Positions 1 to 11,700 of a stretch of DNA of 64,000 bases are shown here, one piece after another; position 1 is the first letter of the stretch; every line of letters starts with the position of its first letter. This stretch comes from Balanoglossus misakiensis. Taxonomy: Eukaryota > Animalia > Hemichordata. The notes under the pieces were generated by a model that saw nothing but the letters and a program-made list of their open reading frames with translations, did not search any database and was not told where the DNA came from. The stretch covers positions 7,956,343-8,020,342 of the forward strand of contig CM082597.2 in the NCBI GenBank assembly GCA_040954595.2, given 5' to 3'. The position numbers were made by a program, and so were the translations under genes.

Positions 1-3000
1 AAAATACCTCTCACTGATGACAAACCCTTCCGACAACCATATCGCAGAATTCCACCATCCCAATATGATGAATTGAAAAAACTTCTGCAAAGTATGCTTG
101 ACAGTAACGTTATTCGAGACTCCCATAGTCCTTATGCATCACCTATTGTTCTTGTTACCAAGAAGGATGGTTCGACGAGACTATGCATTGACTATCGTAA
201 GCTGAATGCAAAAACTGTCCGTGACTCTTATGCACTACCTCGGATAGAGGAATCTCTAGATGCACTGAGTGGTTCGCATTGGTTTACATCAATAGACCTC
301 AAATCAGGATACTGGCAGATTGGCGTTGCTGAGGATGACAAGCCAAAGACAGCCTTTGTGACACCCCTGGGTTTTTATGAAGCAAACCGAATGCCGTTTG
401 GACTGATGAACGCTCCAAGTACGTTTCAACGACTCATGGAGAAATGTTTGGGTGACTACAACTTCAAACAATGTCTTGTTTACTTGGATTATATCATCGT
501 ATTTTCTGCTACATTCGAAGAACATCTTCGTAGACTAGAAGCAGTATTTAATCGCCTGATGTCATATGGACTGAAGGTAAAGCTGTCGAAGTGCCAGTTC
601 TTTCAAAAGGAAGTGAAGTATCTTGGACATATCGTTTCAGCAGAAGGTGTGAAAACTGATCCTGAAAAAGTGTCAGCACTGAAGACTTGGCCAGTTCCAC
701 AAAATGCAAAGGAGGTGAAATCATTTGTTGGTTTTGCTGGTTACTTTAGACGTTTTGTGCCAGGATTTTCCAAGATTTGCAAGCCACTTCATGAACTGAT
801 GGGAGGAAAGCCAACAAGAAAGAAGAAAGGACAGAAGAAAAATGAGCAAAGTCACAAGTCAGCTGATCCAGTATTCAAGTGGACTCCTGATTGTCAAACA
901 GCGTTTGAGACCGTGATAGAGAAACTCACGTCATCACCTACACTTGGTTTTGCCAACTACAACTATCCTTTCGAACTGCATACTGATGCAAGTCATGTAG
1001 GATTGGGAGCCGCACTTTACCAGGAGCAAGAAGGAAGAAAGCGAGTTATAGCCTATGCAAGTAGAAGCCTCTCTAAAAGTGAGAAACACTACCCTGCACA
1101 TAAACTAGAGTTCTTGGCTCTTCATTGGGCAGTAACAAAGAAGTTCCACGACTATTTGTATGGCAACAGATTCAAGGTAGTCACAGACAACAATCCGCTC
1201 ACCTATGTCACTACAAGTGCCAAATTGGATGCCACGGGCCACAGATGGTTGGCAGCCTTGTCCACATACAATTTTACCTTGGAGTATCGTCCCGGCCGTA
1301 GGAATGGAGATGCCGATGGCTTATCTCGCCGACCTCACAGACATGATCTGTTGGAACAATCAAGTACACAAGAGCCAACAGTAGTAGTTTCTGAAAATGG
1401 AGTCAGAGCTGTTTGCCATTATCATGTGGACTGCCTCAACCATGACCAGCATATGGATGCTGCGTACTCTGTAGTAGAAGCTGTGTGTGCATGTCCAGAT
1501 GGAGTACCTGATGCGTTGGATACCCCGATACCATGGCCTGGTACTGAATCATTGCCTTGCATTACTATGGACCAGTGGAATCGCCTTCAGCAGCAAGATG
1601 ATGTAATAAGCCGTGTTTGTAAATATAAACAGAGGGAGAGATATCCAAGTTCCGAAGAATGGAAAAAGGAATCCACAGAAGTACAATTACTTCTGAAGGA
1701 ATGGAATCGTCTCTGTATTCGGAATGGCGTATTGCATCGCTGTCGCAAGACTGCTGAGGGTCTGACTGTGTACCAGTTGATTTTGCCCAAGGTCTACAGA
1801 GATGACGCTATGAGTGGTGTTCATGACCAAGTTGGCCATCTAGGAAAAGAACGTACATTGGATCTTTTGAGAGCCCGCTTCTATTGGCCCAAAATGTCTC
1901 AGGATGTAGATGCCAAGATTAACAGTTGCAAACAGTGTATACTACGCAAAGCAACAGGAAGACGAGAGACTGCTCCATTGGTAAATGTACGTACATCGCA
2001 GCCCATGGAACTCGTCTGTATGGACTTTTTGACATTGGAGGAATCAAAAGGAGGGATTGGGAATATTCTCATGATTACAGATCACTTCACGCGCTATGCT
2101 GTGGCAGTACCGACCAGGAACCAAACTGCGAAAACTACCGCTAAAGTGTTGTTTGACCACTTTCTTGTACACTATGGATTTCCCTCAAGATTGCATTCTG
2201 ATAGAGGCCGTAATTTTGAATCCGGAGTGATCCAGGAGTTGTGCAGGATAACAGACATCAATAAATCCAGAACGACACCGTACCACCCGCAAGGGAACGG
2301 ACAAGTGGAACGGTTCAACCGAACACTACTGAATATGCTTGGTACATTGAGTGATGAGAAGAAACAAGATTGGAAATCATACGTTGCTCCTTTGGTACAT
2401 GCGTACAATTGTACCAAGAGTGATGTCACTGGATATTCGCCGTATTTCTTGATGTTTGGCAGACATCCACGATTGCCTGTTGATGTATGTATGGGTATAG
2501 CGCCAGAAGATGACAAAATAGTGAGTCACCACGAGTATGCTGAATCCCTGAGAAGTCGACTTCAGTATGTGTATGAACTTGCATCGAAACAAGCTGAGAA
2601 AGCCGCTACCAGCAACAAGAATCGATACGACATGAAAACACGTGAGGCTACACTCAGACCAGGTGACCGTGTTCTAGTGAGGAATGTACGAATTAGGGGA
2701 AAGCACAAATTGGCAAACCTCTGGGAAGAACAGCCATATAGAGTTGTAAAGCAACTTGACCCAAAACTCCCAGTCTACGTAGTCCGTCCAGAGAACCGTA
2801 GAGGATGTGAACGTACCTTACATCGTAACTTACTGCTACCATGTTCTGCATTGCCATGGCCTGGAACCTCCCAGCATGACAAAAGACAGTCATTATGTAA
2901 AAGAAAACAACATAGAGAAGTAAAACCACAGACGAAATATGGTGATGAATCTACAGGATCATCATCAGATGAAGAGGAAGATATGGTTGTTATTCCAGCT

Positions 3001-3396
3001 ATCTTACCTGACAGTGAGTCTGGTGCAACTGTGGAAGCAGATAATGAGCAGGATGACTTTACCCAATCTACTGATGAGCCTGTGACAAATGAGATGTCTG
3101 ATGACAGAGTCCAGTGTGAGGACCAGGAGGATACTCCTATTGCAGTTGACGGTGTTAGATCCAGTAATGGCCATCACGATGAGGACGAGCACAATGAACC
3201 AACACTAGAGGATGAACCAGCACTTCGTAGGTCATCTAGAGTACGGAAACCCCCTGATCGTCTAACTTACTCACAAGTCAGTGTGAAACCTGATTGGGCT
3301 GTTAGAGCTGAATTCCTTGCAGCTATGAAGACTCAGTTTACTGATGAATCTAGTAATATTTGTAACGCAATTATTGATATCGTATCTCGAGTTTAA
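1..3396 (+). CDS. pol: Gypsy Pol polyprotein (RT, RNase H, integrase), 5'-partial; RT catalytic motif reads YLDY
   Basis: Frame is open from base 1 (KIPLTDDKPFRQPYRRIP...). RT: SPYASPIVLV, LCIDYRKLN, IDLKSGYWQI, MPFGLMNAP. RNase H: TDAS, LEFLAL, TDNNPL, DADGLSR. Integrase: HDQVGH..CKQC, MDF/SDRG/ERFN. Confidence 0.95.
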   Translation, partial: KIPLTDDKPFRQPYRRIPPSQYDELKKLLQSMLDSNVIRDSHSPYASPIVLVTKKDGSTRLCIDYRKLNAKTVRDSYALPRIEESLDALSGSHWFTSIDLKSGYWQIGVAEDDKPKTAFVTPLGFYEANRMPFGLMNAPSTFQRLMEKCLGDYNFKQCLVYLDYIIVFSATFEEHLRRLEAVFNRLMSYGLKVKLSKCQFFQKEVKYLGHIVSAEGVKTDPEKVSALKTWPVPQNAKEVKSFVGFAGYFRRFVPGFSKICKPLHELMGGKPTRKKKGQKKNEQSHKSADPVFKWTPDCQTAFETVIEKLTSSPTLGFANYNYPFELHTDASHVGLGAALYQEQEGRKRVIAYASRSLSKSEKHYPAHKLEFLALHWAVTKKFHDYLYGNRFKVVTDNNPLTYVTTSAKLDATGHRWLAALSTYNFTLEYRPGRRNGDADGLSRRPHRHDLLEQSSTQEPTVVVSENGVRAVCHYHVDCLNHDQHMDAAYSVVEAVCACPDGVPDALDTPIPWPGTESLPCITMDQWNRLQQQDDVISRVCKYKQRERYPSSEEWKKESTEVQLLLKEWNRLCIRNGVLHRCRKTAEGLTVYQLILPKVYRDDAMSGVHDQVGHLGKERTLDLLRARFYWPKMSQDVDAKINSCKQCILRKATGRRETAPLVNVRTSQPMELVCMDFLTLEESKGGIGNILMITDHFTRYAVAVPTRNQTAKTTAKVLFDHFLVHYGFPSRLHSDRGRNFESGVIQELCRITDINKSRTTPYHPQGNGQVERFNRTLLNMLGTLSDEKKQDWKSYVAPLVHAYNCTKSDVTGYSPYFLMFGRHPRLPVDVCMGIAPEDDKIVSHHEYAESLRSRLQYVYELASKQAEKAATSNKNRYDMKTREATLRPGDRVLVRNVRIRGKHKLANLWEEQPYRVVKQLDPKLPVYVVRPENRRGCERTLHRNLLLPCSALPWPGTSQHDKRQSLCKRKQHREVKPQTKYGDESTGSSSDEEEDMVVIPAILPDSESGATVEADNEQDDFTQSTDEPVTNEMSDDRVQCEDQEDTPIAVDGVRSSNGHHDEDEHNEPTLEDEPALRRSSRVRKPPDRLTYSQVSVKPDWAVRAEFLAAMKTQFTDESSNICNAIIDIVSRV

Positions 3397-3486
3397 TCAA
3401 TATGAGAACTGTACGACTGTAACAACATGCCAGAGCAATTTTTTTCATTAATAGTTTGTTCATGACGGGTCGTCATTCTATAAACC

Positions 3487-3495
3487 AGGGGAGAG
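3487..3495 (+). other. Polypurine tract (plus-strand primer site)
   Basis: AGGGGAGAG immediately before TGTAAG, about 90 nt after the pol stop. Confidence 0.85.
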
Positions 3496-4947
3496 TGTAA
3501 GGAACACATGTTTAGCGCCACCACAGGCAGCACAGGAGCCAGCCCTGATGTTCTTTTGTTACTGTGGGTCGGAGGTGAGAGGTGAGAGACACTCCAGGAA
3601 GGCGGGTTAGATGTGCACAGTGTAACTGCTCTGAGGAATCAAGACATCCAGTCTCCAATCCCGAGTAATCCTGTCTAAATTGATGCCTGTTACGAAGCTG
3701 GTGACGTAAAGTTACTTGTGGTTATGTCTCAAGTGAAACGGATGCTGTTTTGGCGACGTTTGTGCCTGTTCGACTCTCTGTAGCAACCTGTTGGTGACCT
3801 AACCTGAGAGAGGTTCCGAGAAGTCAAGACATCCAGTTTTCAATCCAAGCAATCCTACCCGAACTGGTAAATATACGTAAACCCGATGACCTGAAGTACT
3901 TTATAGTTATGTCTCAACTTGGATGAGTGCCATTTTGGTGTAATTTTGGTTGAAGTGAACTCTCCAAAATAACTTGTTGATTTTGGTGTATTGTGTACGT
4001 GTCTATGCCGTCCTGTGTGTTCAACGACTGTTTCCATGATTTGCGGATGTTGCTGCAGCCAACTTGAGTTTACTGTTTTGTGTTGTATCCTGTTATCATG
4101 AACGCTATCCTGTTGTCGTGAACGCTATCCTGTTGTTTCCGGTTCCACTGATACTTTGTGATATTTCCTAGCCAACTATTTTGTTTGTACTTTTGAAGAT
4201 ACCAACGCGGAACATGTGCTTTATGCAAATTAGCAGTTGCTTGCTATTTCCGTACTGTGTATTTACGTAGTTAGACTTTCATCGATCGCCAGTTTGCAAG
4301 TCCCATTTTGGTATTCTACGTTCTACGATTACTACAGTCAGCTGATTTGTACAGATGTGGATGTCCATGCTGATTTGCTGTCGGTGATTGCCACCTGCGA
4401 AGCGAAGCCCTAGAACTGTAGTTACCCCGGCTACCGCGTTGTATCCTCTGAATTCAATTGTGTGTATTTATTGTGAACTATAGATTTATTGATCACGAAC
4501 TGATGATTTAAACTTGGTGATTACATAAAACAATACTGTAGTTGTTACTTTACCATATATATTTAGTATTATTTATTTAATTATTATCATCTAGTATTAT
4601 TTATTCTATATTTTTCTTTATTTATTTTGGTCGATTCAGTTATCATATCGATCAAACTTTATATCAAAGACATCACAACATTGTATATTTATATAGCAAT
4701 TTTGCTGAACCAGTCAGAGTATTCAGTGTATATGAACCTGTATATTGTATCTCTTTTTGTATGTAATAATTATTCTGATTATCATTGCATCATATTACGG
4801 GCTACCGAGTGTTATTTTGTTGATCAGACAACAACACCTACGCGAGCAAAATCCCCTACGACCATGCACTAGTCATTTATTATGCAGCCCCATTCTAAAT
4901 ATAATTATGATTATCCTGGTGGCTTATTTGGCTTCATATGGCTTACA
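3496..4947 (+). repeat. 3' LTR of the Gypsy element (~1452 bp)
   Basis: Begins TGTAAG after the PPT. The reverse complement CTTACA is at 4942-4947. The right end is inferred because the 5' LTR is not in the window. Confidence 0.7.
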
Positions 4948-5250
4948 ATTGCAGTATTCCTGGTAAGAACATGTATTTTTATACACCTACTGCCATAACC
5001 TATGGAGTTCCGTAATACAGTAATTTGCGGTATAATCAGCATACAATATTTATTTACATGAGGACGCAGAGTCCCATAACACCAGGGTTATGGGACGCGT
5101 TTTGACTCACAGGTGTTCAATGTAAACAATGATGATATTACACCCTACTCTGACAAAAATTGATATAAAACGTACACAGTCATTATCAAACTAAATTATT
5201 AGATGCGAAATAGTCAAAGGAATATGTGAACGAACAAGTGAGCGCATTCT

Positions 5251-5361
5251 AATACCGGGATTTATGTCCGAGTACATCATATGCTTCATATTGTCCTCGA
5301 CGCTGCAAGTCTCGGTCAATACCTGCGCTGTATGATGTACTTTGACATAAATCCTGGTATT
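5251..5361. mobile_element. Palindromic MITE-like repeat (related copies near 10590, 36215, 57700)
   Basis: 31-bp near-perfect inverted arms AATACCGGGATTTATGTCCGAGTACATCATA / TATGATGTACTTTGACATAAATCCTGGTATT. Confidence 0.6.
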
Positions 5362-5857
5362 TTGTGGATAACCTTATATTATTACTGAGTAGAGTTAAGA
5401 TGACTTTATTGTTAGTCACAAGCTGTACAATGTTTCAAAAATTAATTGTGAAATGTATGCACCACAATTTGGAGCAGATGAAATATTACTGGACAAGTAA
5501 TGTTTATCGTTTTAAAACTCTTAGTTTACAATTAAGTAAATAGATCAATCAATATTGTGCTTACAGACAGACAATGTATATATGTGATAATGGGGCGAGA
5601 CTCGACTAGCATTAAGCAATTTTTCTTGCTCCATATTGCCACTGGAAATACAGTGTGTATTTGCCATTTTGGGGCACAAAATGTATTCGTCTCTGAAATT
5701 GTGGCAATATTAGAACAAACGAACGAACACATAGACTGACAGAAGACGCAATAACATTACCTAGCTATCACATGAGTTAAAAAAGCCCTGACTTGTATCT
5801 CTAAGAGTTTGACATTTAAAGCTTAACACCAGGCAAGTTTTTTAAGAAAGTGTTTAG

Positions 5858-7200
5858 ATGTGTGATGTGCCCTGTGAGAATGGTGGATTTTGTCAGGAGG
5901 GTAGCTGTGTCTGTCTTGATGGATTCAGTGGACCGGGCTGCAATCTTATTGGTATGTTATTTCATTTCTCTTGACACTTCAATAGTTGCTTATATTGTTT
6001 GTAAGTATATTTTCTGTGGTCAGTTCTGGAAGTTGGTGAAAACTGTTAATTTGTATCAATTGTTAAATGATTTTTACCCGTGGGTCAGTACATTAATGTA
6101 AGCAACTCTTAGTATTTTGATACATTCTTGTTTGTGAGACCCTTGAGTTATAACGGAAACAAATAAAACCTAGATTTTCAGAATGAAAATGGTAGAAACT
6201 GTAATGCACGATTACAGAAAGTTATTTTAAAATTACACAGTGTGCTGAATTTTTTATTACACTATGGATAAAATTGAAGTGAATGTGACTGATCATTTAT
6301 ATTTTGCTGTAATGAGGTTCACACATGACATTGATGGAGACAATGTCGCTTTTGTTAGTTGTTGATATTATAGCCATAGATATGGTAGTACTGAAATTTT
6401 GATGTAGATGTATATGCATTGTTTCCATGGCAATATAGTGTGTGAACCAGAATGCAAGAACGGTGGTGTGTGTGTCAATGGCCAATGTCAGTGTTCAGCT
6501 GGTTTTAGAGGCAGAGATTGCTCTGTTGAAGGTAAGCTGGGAAAAATCATGGAAATTAATATTTTATGAAAATATGGTTCACAACTAACACAGACTGGGG
6601 ATTCACTGGATCAGTCCATTTCATATTGAAGGGGGGTATGAAATTAATAGAAAGCCCCGCATGATTGACATAAAATATGACCGATAATCTGTCAACACAC
6701 ACAAAAAATGTTTTGCTGTGAATTGTTGGGAAGCAACATTATTTTCATCGCAGAAACCCCCCCCCCCCCCAATTCAAATTCTCACACTCCTGCGAGCGCT
6801 GATTGGTTGACAAAGCATTCTTTTGGCAATGTGCGCAAAATGTAATCCAATGGTGCGATGTGTTTTATAGGGAGAAAGACTACAACGTGCCCAGACCCAG
6901 GGTCATTTATTCAATGTTTTTAACAAATTTGCGGCTCGTGTGGGACAGAAAATCCCCGAAGAGTTTGAGAAATATGATCCCAGGTCCTTGGGAGTGTGAG
7001 ATACTATGATTCTCCTGTAGCCTACACAGATGCGAGAAATGTTGTATGCTTTGTAACCTGTGAGATTTATGTCTAAATCCCAGATGTTATTCTACCATAT
7101 TATATTGCAGTGTGCAATCCTCGATGTGTTGAAGGTATTTGTATCAATGGACAGTGCCAATGTCTGGATGGTTTTGGAGGCAATGATTGCAGTCAGATCA
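5858..7200 (+). CDS. Three single-copy EGF-like exons (5858-5951, 6439-6531, 7111-7200) of the Kielin/BMPER-like gene; upstream exons not seen
   Basis: AG/GT-bounded with phase-1 donors. They encode CDVPCENGGFCQEGSCVCLDGFSGPGC, CEPECKNGGVCVNGQCQCSAGFRGRDC and CNPRCVEGICINGQCQCLDGFGGNDC. Confidence 0.85.
6780..7001. mobile_element. Probable MITE with 11-bp inverted termini
   Basis: TCTCACACTCC ... GGAGTGTGAGA. Confidence 0.4.
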
Positions 7201-7390
7201 GTAGGTCAACATTTTCAAAAATTATATAAACTGAACCACGGGAGAATAAAAAGCTAAAACATCAATTTTTAAGCATAGTCTTTCGTCAGCAACTAAACAG
7301 CAGAAGAGACATCCTCTGTTGGTTCAAGTGTTGAATATTTTTGTTCATTTCTATTTGTGTAGATTCTCCCCTATTCCAAAATCCAGAAAA

Positions 7391-7569
7391 ATAAATTTTC
7401 GTGATATACTCGAGAGCCCAAATAGCGTGAAAATAAAAAGTCGCGTAATTTTTTTTAAAGATAACGATGCAGTGAATGAAATAAGAGAACGCGAAAATTA
7501 ATACTCGCGAAACAGTGGCCTGTCTCGATATCGCGAAAATTTCAATTGTGAAAATAAAGTGTTTTACAG
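7391..7569 (+). mobile_element. MITE family M1, left-truncated copy at the start of unit 1
   Basis: Internal sequence and right TIR (AAAATAAAGTGTTTTACAG-TA) match the complete copy at 34215-34418. Confidence 0.85.
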
Positions 7570-7573
7570 TATG

Positions 7574-8794
7574 CTTAGCCATCGATTCTGGAAAATGTGT
7601 ACTCCTTATTATCTTGGATTTATCGGCTGCCTTCGACACCATCGACCACGATCTACTGTTAAGAAGGTTATCCAGTCTTTGCATTACTGATATGGCACTC
7701 GAGTGGTTTGCATCCTACCTCAAAAATCGAGACCAATCCATAATAATAGACAAGATCACCAGTCAACCATCACATGTTCGTTTTGGAGTGCTACATGGTT
7801 CAGTTCTTGGCCCCATTTTGTTCACAATCTATATTTCTCCGTTGGGAAAGCTTATTCGTCAGCACAACCTACAATTCCATCAATATGCAGATGACAATCA
7901 GATTTACCTAGCCTTGTCTCACACCGATTCATATTCCGCTATAGCATCCATTGAGGCCTTTATCCGTGATCTTAAGGACTGGATGACCCAAAACAAGCTT
8001 CAACTCAACGACTCCAAAACTGAGATTCTACTTATTCGTTCAAAATTTCATCACTCTGCTGATGCTATTGACAAGATTACCATTGGTTCATGCTCTGTTC
8101 CCGTCGTTAAATCAGCTCGCAATATTGGGGTAATATTTGACAATACGCACATGTATAAACATCACATCAAGAAAACTTGTCAATCAATATATTACCACTT
8201 TCGCCGTGTCGGACAAATCAGAAAATTTCTTAACAAAGCAATATGTCAAGCAGTGATTCATGCTATTTTGGCAGCGAAACTCGACTATGGTAATGCATTA
8301 CTGTATGGTCTACCAGAAAGCAGTCTGAACCTTCCACAACGCACACAAAATACAGCTGCAAGAATCATAACTCGGTTAACGCCAGTTCTTCAACTTCTTC
8401 ATCGGTTACCAGTTCGCAACAGGTTAGAGTATAAAATTAATCTGCTCACATACAAAGCCTTAAATAATTTCGCTCCGAACTATATAAGCGATCTCATTCG
8501 GATATATTCTCCTGGTCGCAGGCTTCGTTCAGCTAATGAGAGCCTTTTATGCACTACAATGTACAAACGTTCATCATACGGTGGCCGAGCATTCTCTCAT
8601 GCTGCACCGAAACTGTGAAACTCTCTGCCACAAGACATTCGTCAAGCTCCAAGTTTGAGTATCTTTAAGAAAAGACTGAAGACGCATTATTTCGCAAGAG
8701 CATATGGTGTGGGCCAATGAGCACAAGCGCCTTTGAATATGACACTTGTTATATACTGGCGCTGTACAACATTTCTCTGATTGATGATTGATTG
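7574..8794 (+). mobile_element. 5'-truncated non-LTR retrotransposon (L2/CR1 group), RT fragment with premature stop
   Basis: LDLSAAFDTIDH, GVLHGSVLGP, QYADDNQIY, NKLQLNDSKTE, YGGRAFSHAAPKL*NSLP (TGG>TGA at 8616-8618). 3' UTR has an AAGCGCC..GGCGCT stem and a (TGAT)n-like tail. Absent at the homologous sites 34421 and 55837. Confidence 0.9.
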
Positions 8795-11700
8795 ACACAG
8801 ATACACAGGTATTGGGTGAAACAGTGGGTAGGGCATCAAAACAAACTCCCTATGATGCAAGTTGTAAATACTGTGAAAAAAAATAGCTAAAAGTTAGAGC
8901 AACTGGGACTTTGAATGTTTTGGTCTTGCCATCAAAAAGGTGAAAACTTTCATAAGTTGTGTATGCATATTGCAACAACAAAGCTTTGACCATTGAAATG
9001 TCACTTGAAACACGTGATGGATCGTGTTCAAAACTCTAATGCTAATGACAATGTTAAGTCAACATTTTGCCCATGATGCATTTTGTTAACTGGTTATTTT
9101 ACAGTTAATGGTGCTATAGAATAATGATATTGTGTATCAAAATATCAAATATTCTGATTCTGTGATATTTGAATGTGGAGAATTAAGTATTACCTGATAA
9201 AGTATGATTTCATCAGACATCTTTTGAATGTGTTTTGATTGTTTTTACAGAGATTCCTTGCATCCCAGACTGCAAGAATGATGGAATATGTTTCCAAGGA
9301 TACTGCAACTGTCAGGAGGGCTTTAGTGGAGATGACTGCTCCAAATGTAAATATCACTCTTTATGCAAAGTGGTAAAGTCAATGGGCATGAAAAGTAAAT
9401 GTGTTCGTAGAGTTAGAATATGCAACGTACCTGAGAATGTATGCAAATTATCTTGGCACATGTAACTCTAAAAGGATGTAGAACAACTATACAAAAACTC
9501 TAAAAAGTGTATATTTTTAGATGTAGGGGAATCTGATCGTATACAGTGTACAATGGTCGCATGACATGCGAGCATTTATGAAGATCTTTGAAAAATTAGT
9601 TTCAAGGGGTAAGGCCTTTGGTTATCGATAGAAAAAAATGACACCACCTGGATTGTATATCACCATGATCATTATGATCATCGCATTCTGTTGTTTGTTT
9701 TACTTTGTTTATGTGTTTATTGTCCTTCTCAGCTGTGTGTTTATGTGAAAATGGTATCTGCAATGGTGGAGAATGTGAATGCTTTGCTGGTTACACTGGT
9801 GATTTGTGTGATGAGGGTAAGTTTTGTTTTTGTTGTTGGCGACTTGTGATGTCAACTTCCCAGCAGATTTGATAAGTCCTTTGCAAAGTTTCTGTCCTTC
9901 TAGCAAATCAGTGAGGAACTTTTGATCAACGATTAATCATGGTTACCAGCTGATGTGTTATTTACATCAAACATCTTAGACTCTCTGCACAGTACAGCTG
10001 TGCCTGTTGTGTGCATAGTGCACCCTATTACTGTGTCATATGTTATTTTAAATGAAGTACAAGTAGCCAAGGTTGCACCAACAAACACAGTGACCACGGG
10101 ATTGTTATGAATGTTCATGATGTCAACATTTTGTATATTTTGTTATCTTGAAGCATTGAATGAAATGATTGTATGGGCGTATGTAAATTGGAGGTGACTG
10201 TATACCTTTAAAACGACTGCATAGTATACAAAGACTTGTTACAAAGGCTTGTTTCAAAAGTCTTGAAAGAAACAGGGAAACGAAACTGCTTCAAAAGTAT
10301 CATTTGTATCTTCTGGCTTCATGCAAGTAACTTTGTTTTTTGTTGTATTTCAGACATCAATGATGTGTTATAGAAGGTTTACAGGTGTGTGAGCAAGAAT
10401 GCATTAATTCAAGAGGTTCATTTATGTGTCGATGTCTGGATGGCTTCGTGTTGAGGACAGATGGAATAACATGTCAACCAATAGAAGGTATTGATGTAAT
10501 TTGGCATTTATGTACATGTATGCTTAATATTGTATGGCTATGTTTAGACTCTGTTTGATTCAAATGAAATAAATGGTCCTTCATAATAAAAGGTTATTCA
10601 TAAAGTACCAGGATTTATGTCCGAGTACATCGTACAGTGCAGTGGAGGTATTGTCTGAGATACGCAACGTCGAGGGCAAATACTGAAGCATATTGCTCAG
10701 TTGATACATTCATTTCTACAATGACAATGAAATAACCTTACAATAGGACTATACTCAAAGTCATCATAAAGATTACTTGACTATGATGAAAGTTTGAATT
10801 CGTTTGTTACAGGGTGTTATTTTCAACCACATGATTTTACATATTCATCTCGTGATACATGGATTCTTGATGAGTGTATTAATTGTACATGTCAAGTAAG
10901 GAGCAATTGATGTTGCTCATACACATTGTTTTTTGAAGATAACGATGCAGTGAATGAAATAAGAGAACACAAAAATTAATACTCTGAAAACAGTAGCCTT
11001 TCTCGATATCGCGAAGATTTCAACTCGCGAAAATACATTTTTTTTACAGTATATCATATGCTCACATATTGTGTAGTTGATCTGAACTGACTTGAGACCA
11101 AAGGTTGTAGAGGAGAAGAGTCTTACCCTCGTATGAGCGCCTTTCTGCTGTGTTACCAAAGGTTCCACAATGCATCTCAGCTATAAAGGTTTTATTATGT
11201 ATTGTATTGAAAAATAAAATGTGCTTTAAAATATTATTCATGAAGTTATACATATAAAACTGTGAAATTGTCTTTTATTGATTTCTGGATCAATTATTTA
11301 GACACATTAGACCTGCATCCCATTATGCATTGTTATTCACAATGACTTCATTTGTTCTCCACAATTGTCATGTTGTATTTCAGAATAATGTTATCACATG
11401 TACTCAGTGCCCTGTAATGCCATGCCAATATACAGCACAAATTGTAGGTGAAAGCTGTCCACATTGTAAAGGTTAGTAATTGAAGCCATCAGATACTTCT
11501 CCGTGATATACAGCCCTATTGATTTCAGAGGATTGGTCGTATGAAGATAATGATGGTTGCAATTTTGGGCAACTTTCCACCTAAACGCTAACGCTGCCAA
11601 GTCGGTTGAATCTGGTTTGATTTCCAGGGTGCCTAGAATCCTGGCACCCAGACCTGTTAGATTGACAAGTGTGTGTTACTCAGTAGGGCCTATACAAGAC

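Larger units (their letters stand above)
1..4947 (+). mobile_element. Ty3/Gypsy LTR retrotransposon, 3' portion (5' LTR, gag and protease lie outside the window)
   Basis: pol with RT-RNaseH-integrase order, then a polypurine tract and a TGTAAG...CTTACA-bounded LTR. Confidence 0.95.

Noticed and set aside
73-75. ORF-track start of Gypsy pol
   Set aside because: It is a TTG inside a frame already open from base 1; the real start is upstream of the window.
5071-5096. Perfect 10-bp hairpin GTCCCATAAC/GTTATGGGAC as a terminator or ncRNA
   Set aside because: Eukaryotic context and no further structure; most likely the centre of a decayed palindromic repeat.
6757-6770. Poly-C run, and the C-rich tract near 17281-17345
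   Set aside because: Low-complexity intronic sequence with no supporting context.
7515-7573. N-terminus of the 367-aa RT ORF as a novel MITE-LINE fusion protein
   Set aside because: It is chance read-through from MITE sequence starting at GTG; the LINE is 5'-truncated and has a premature stop.
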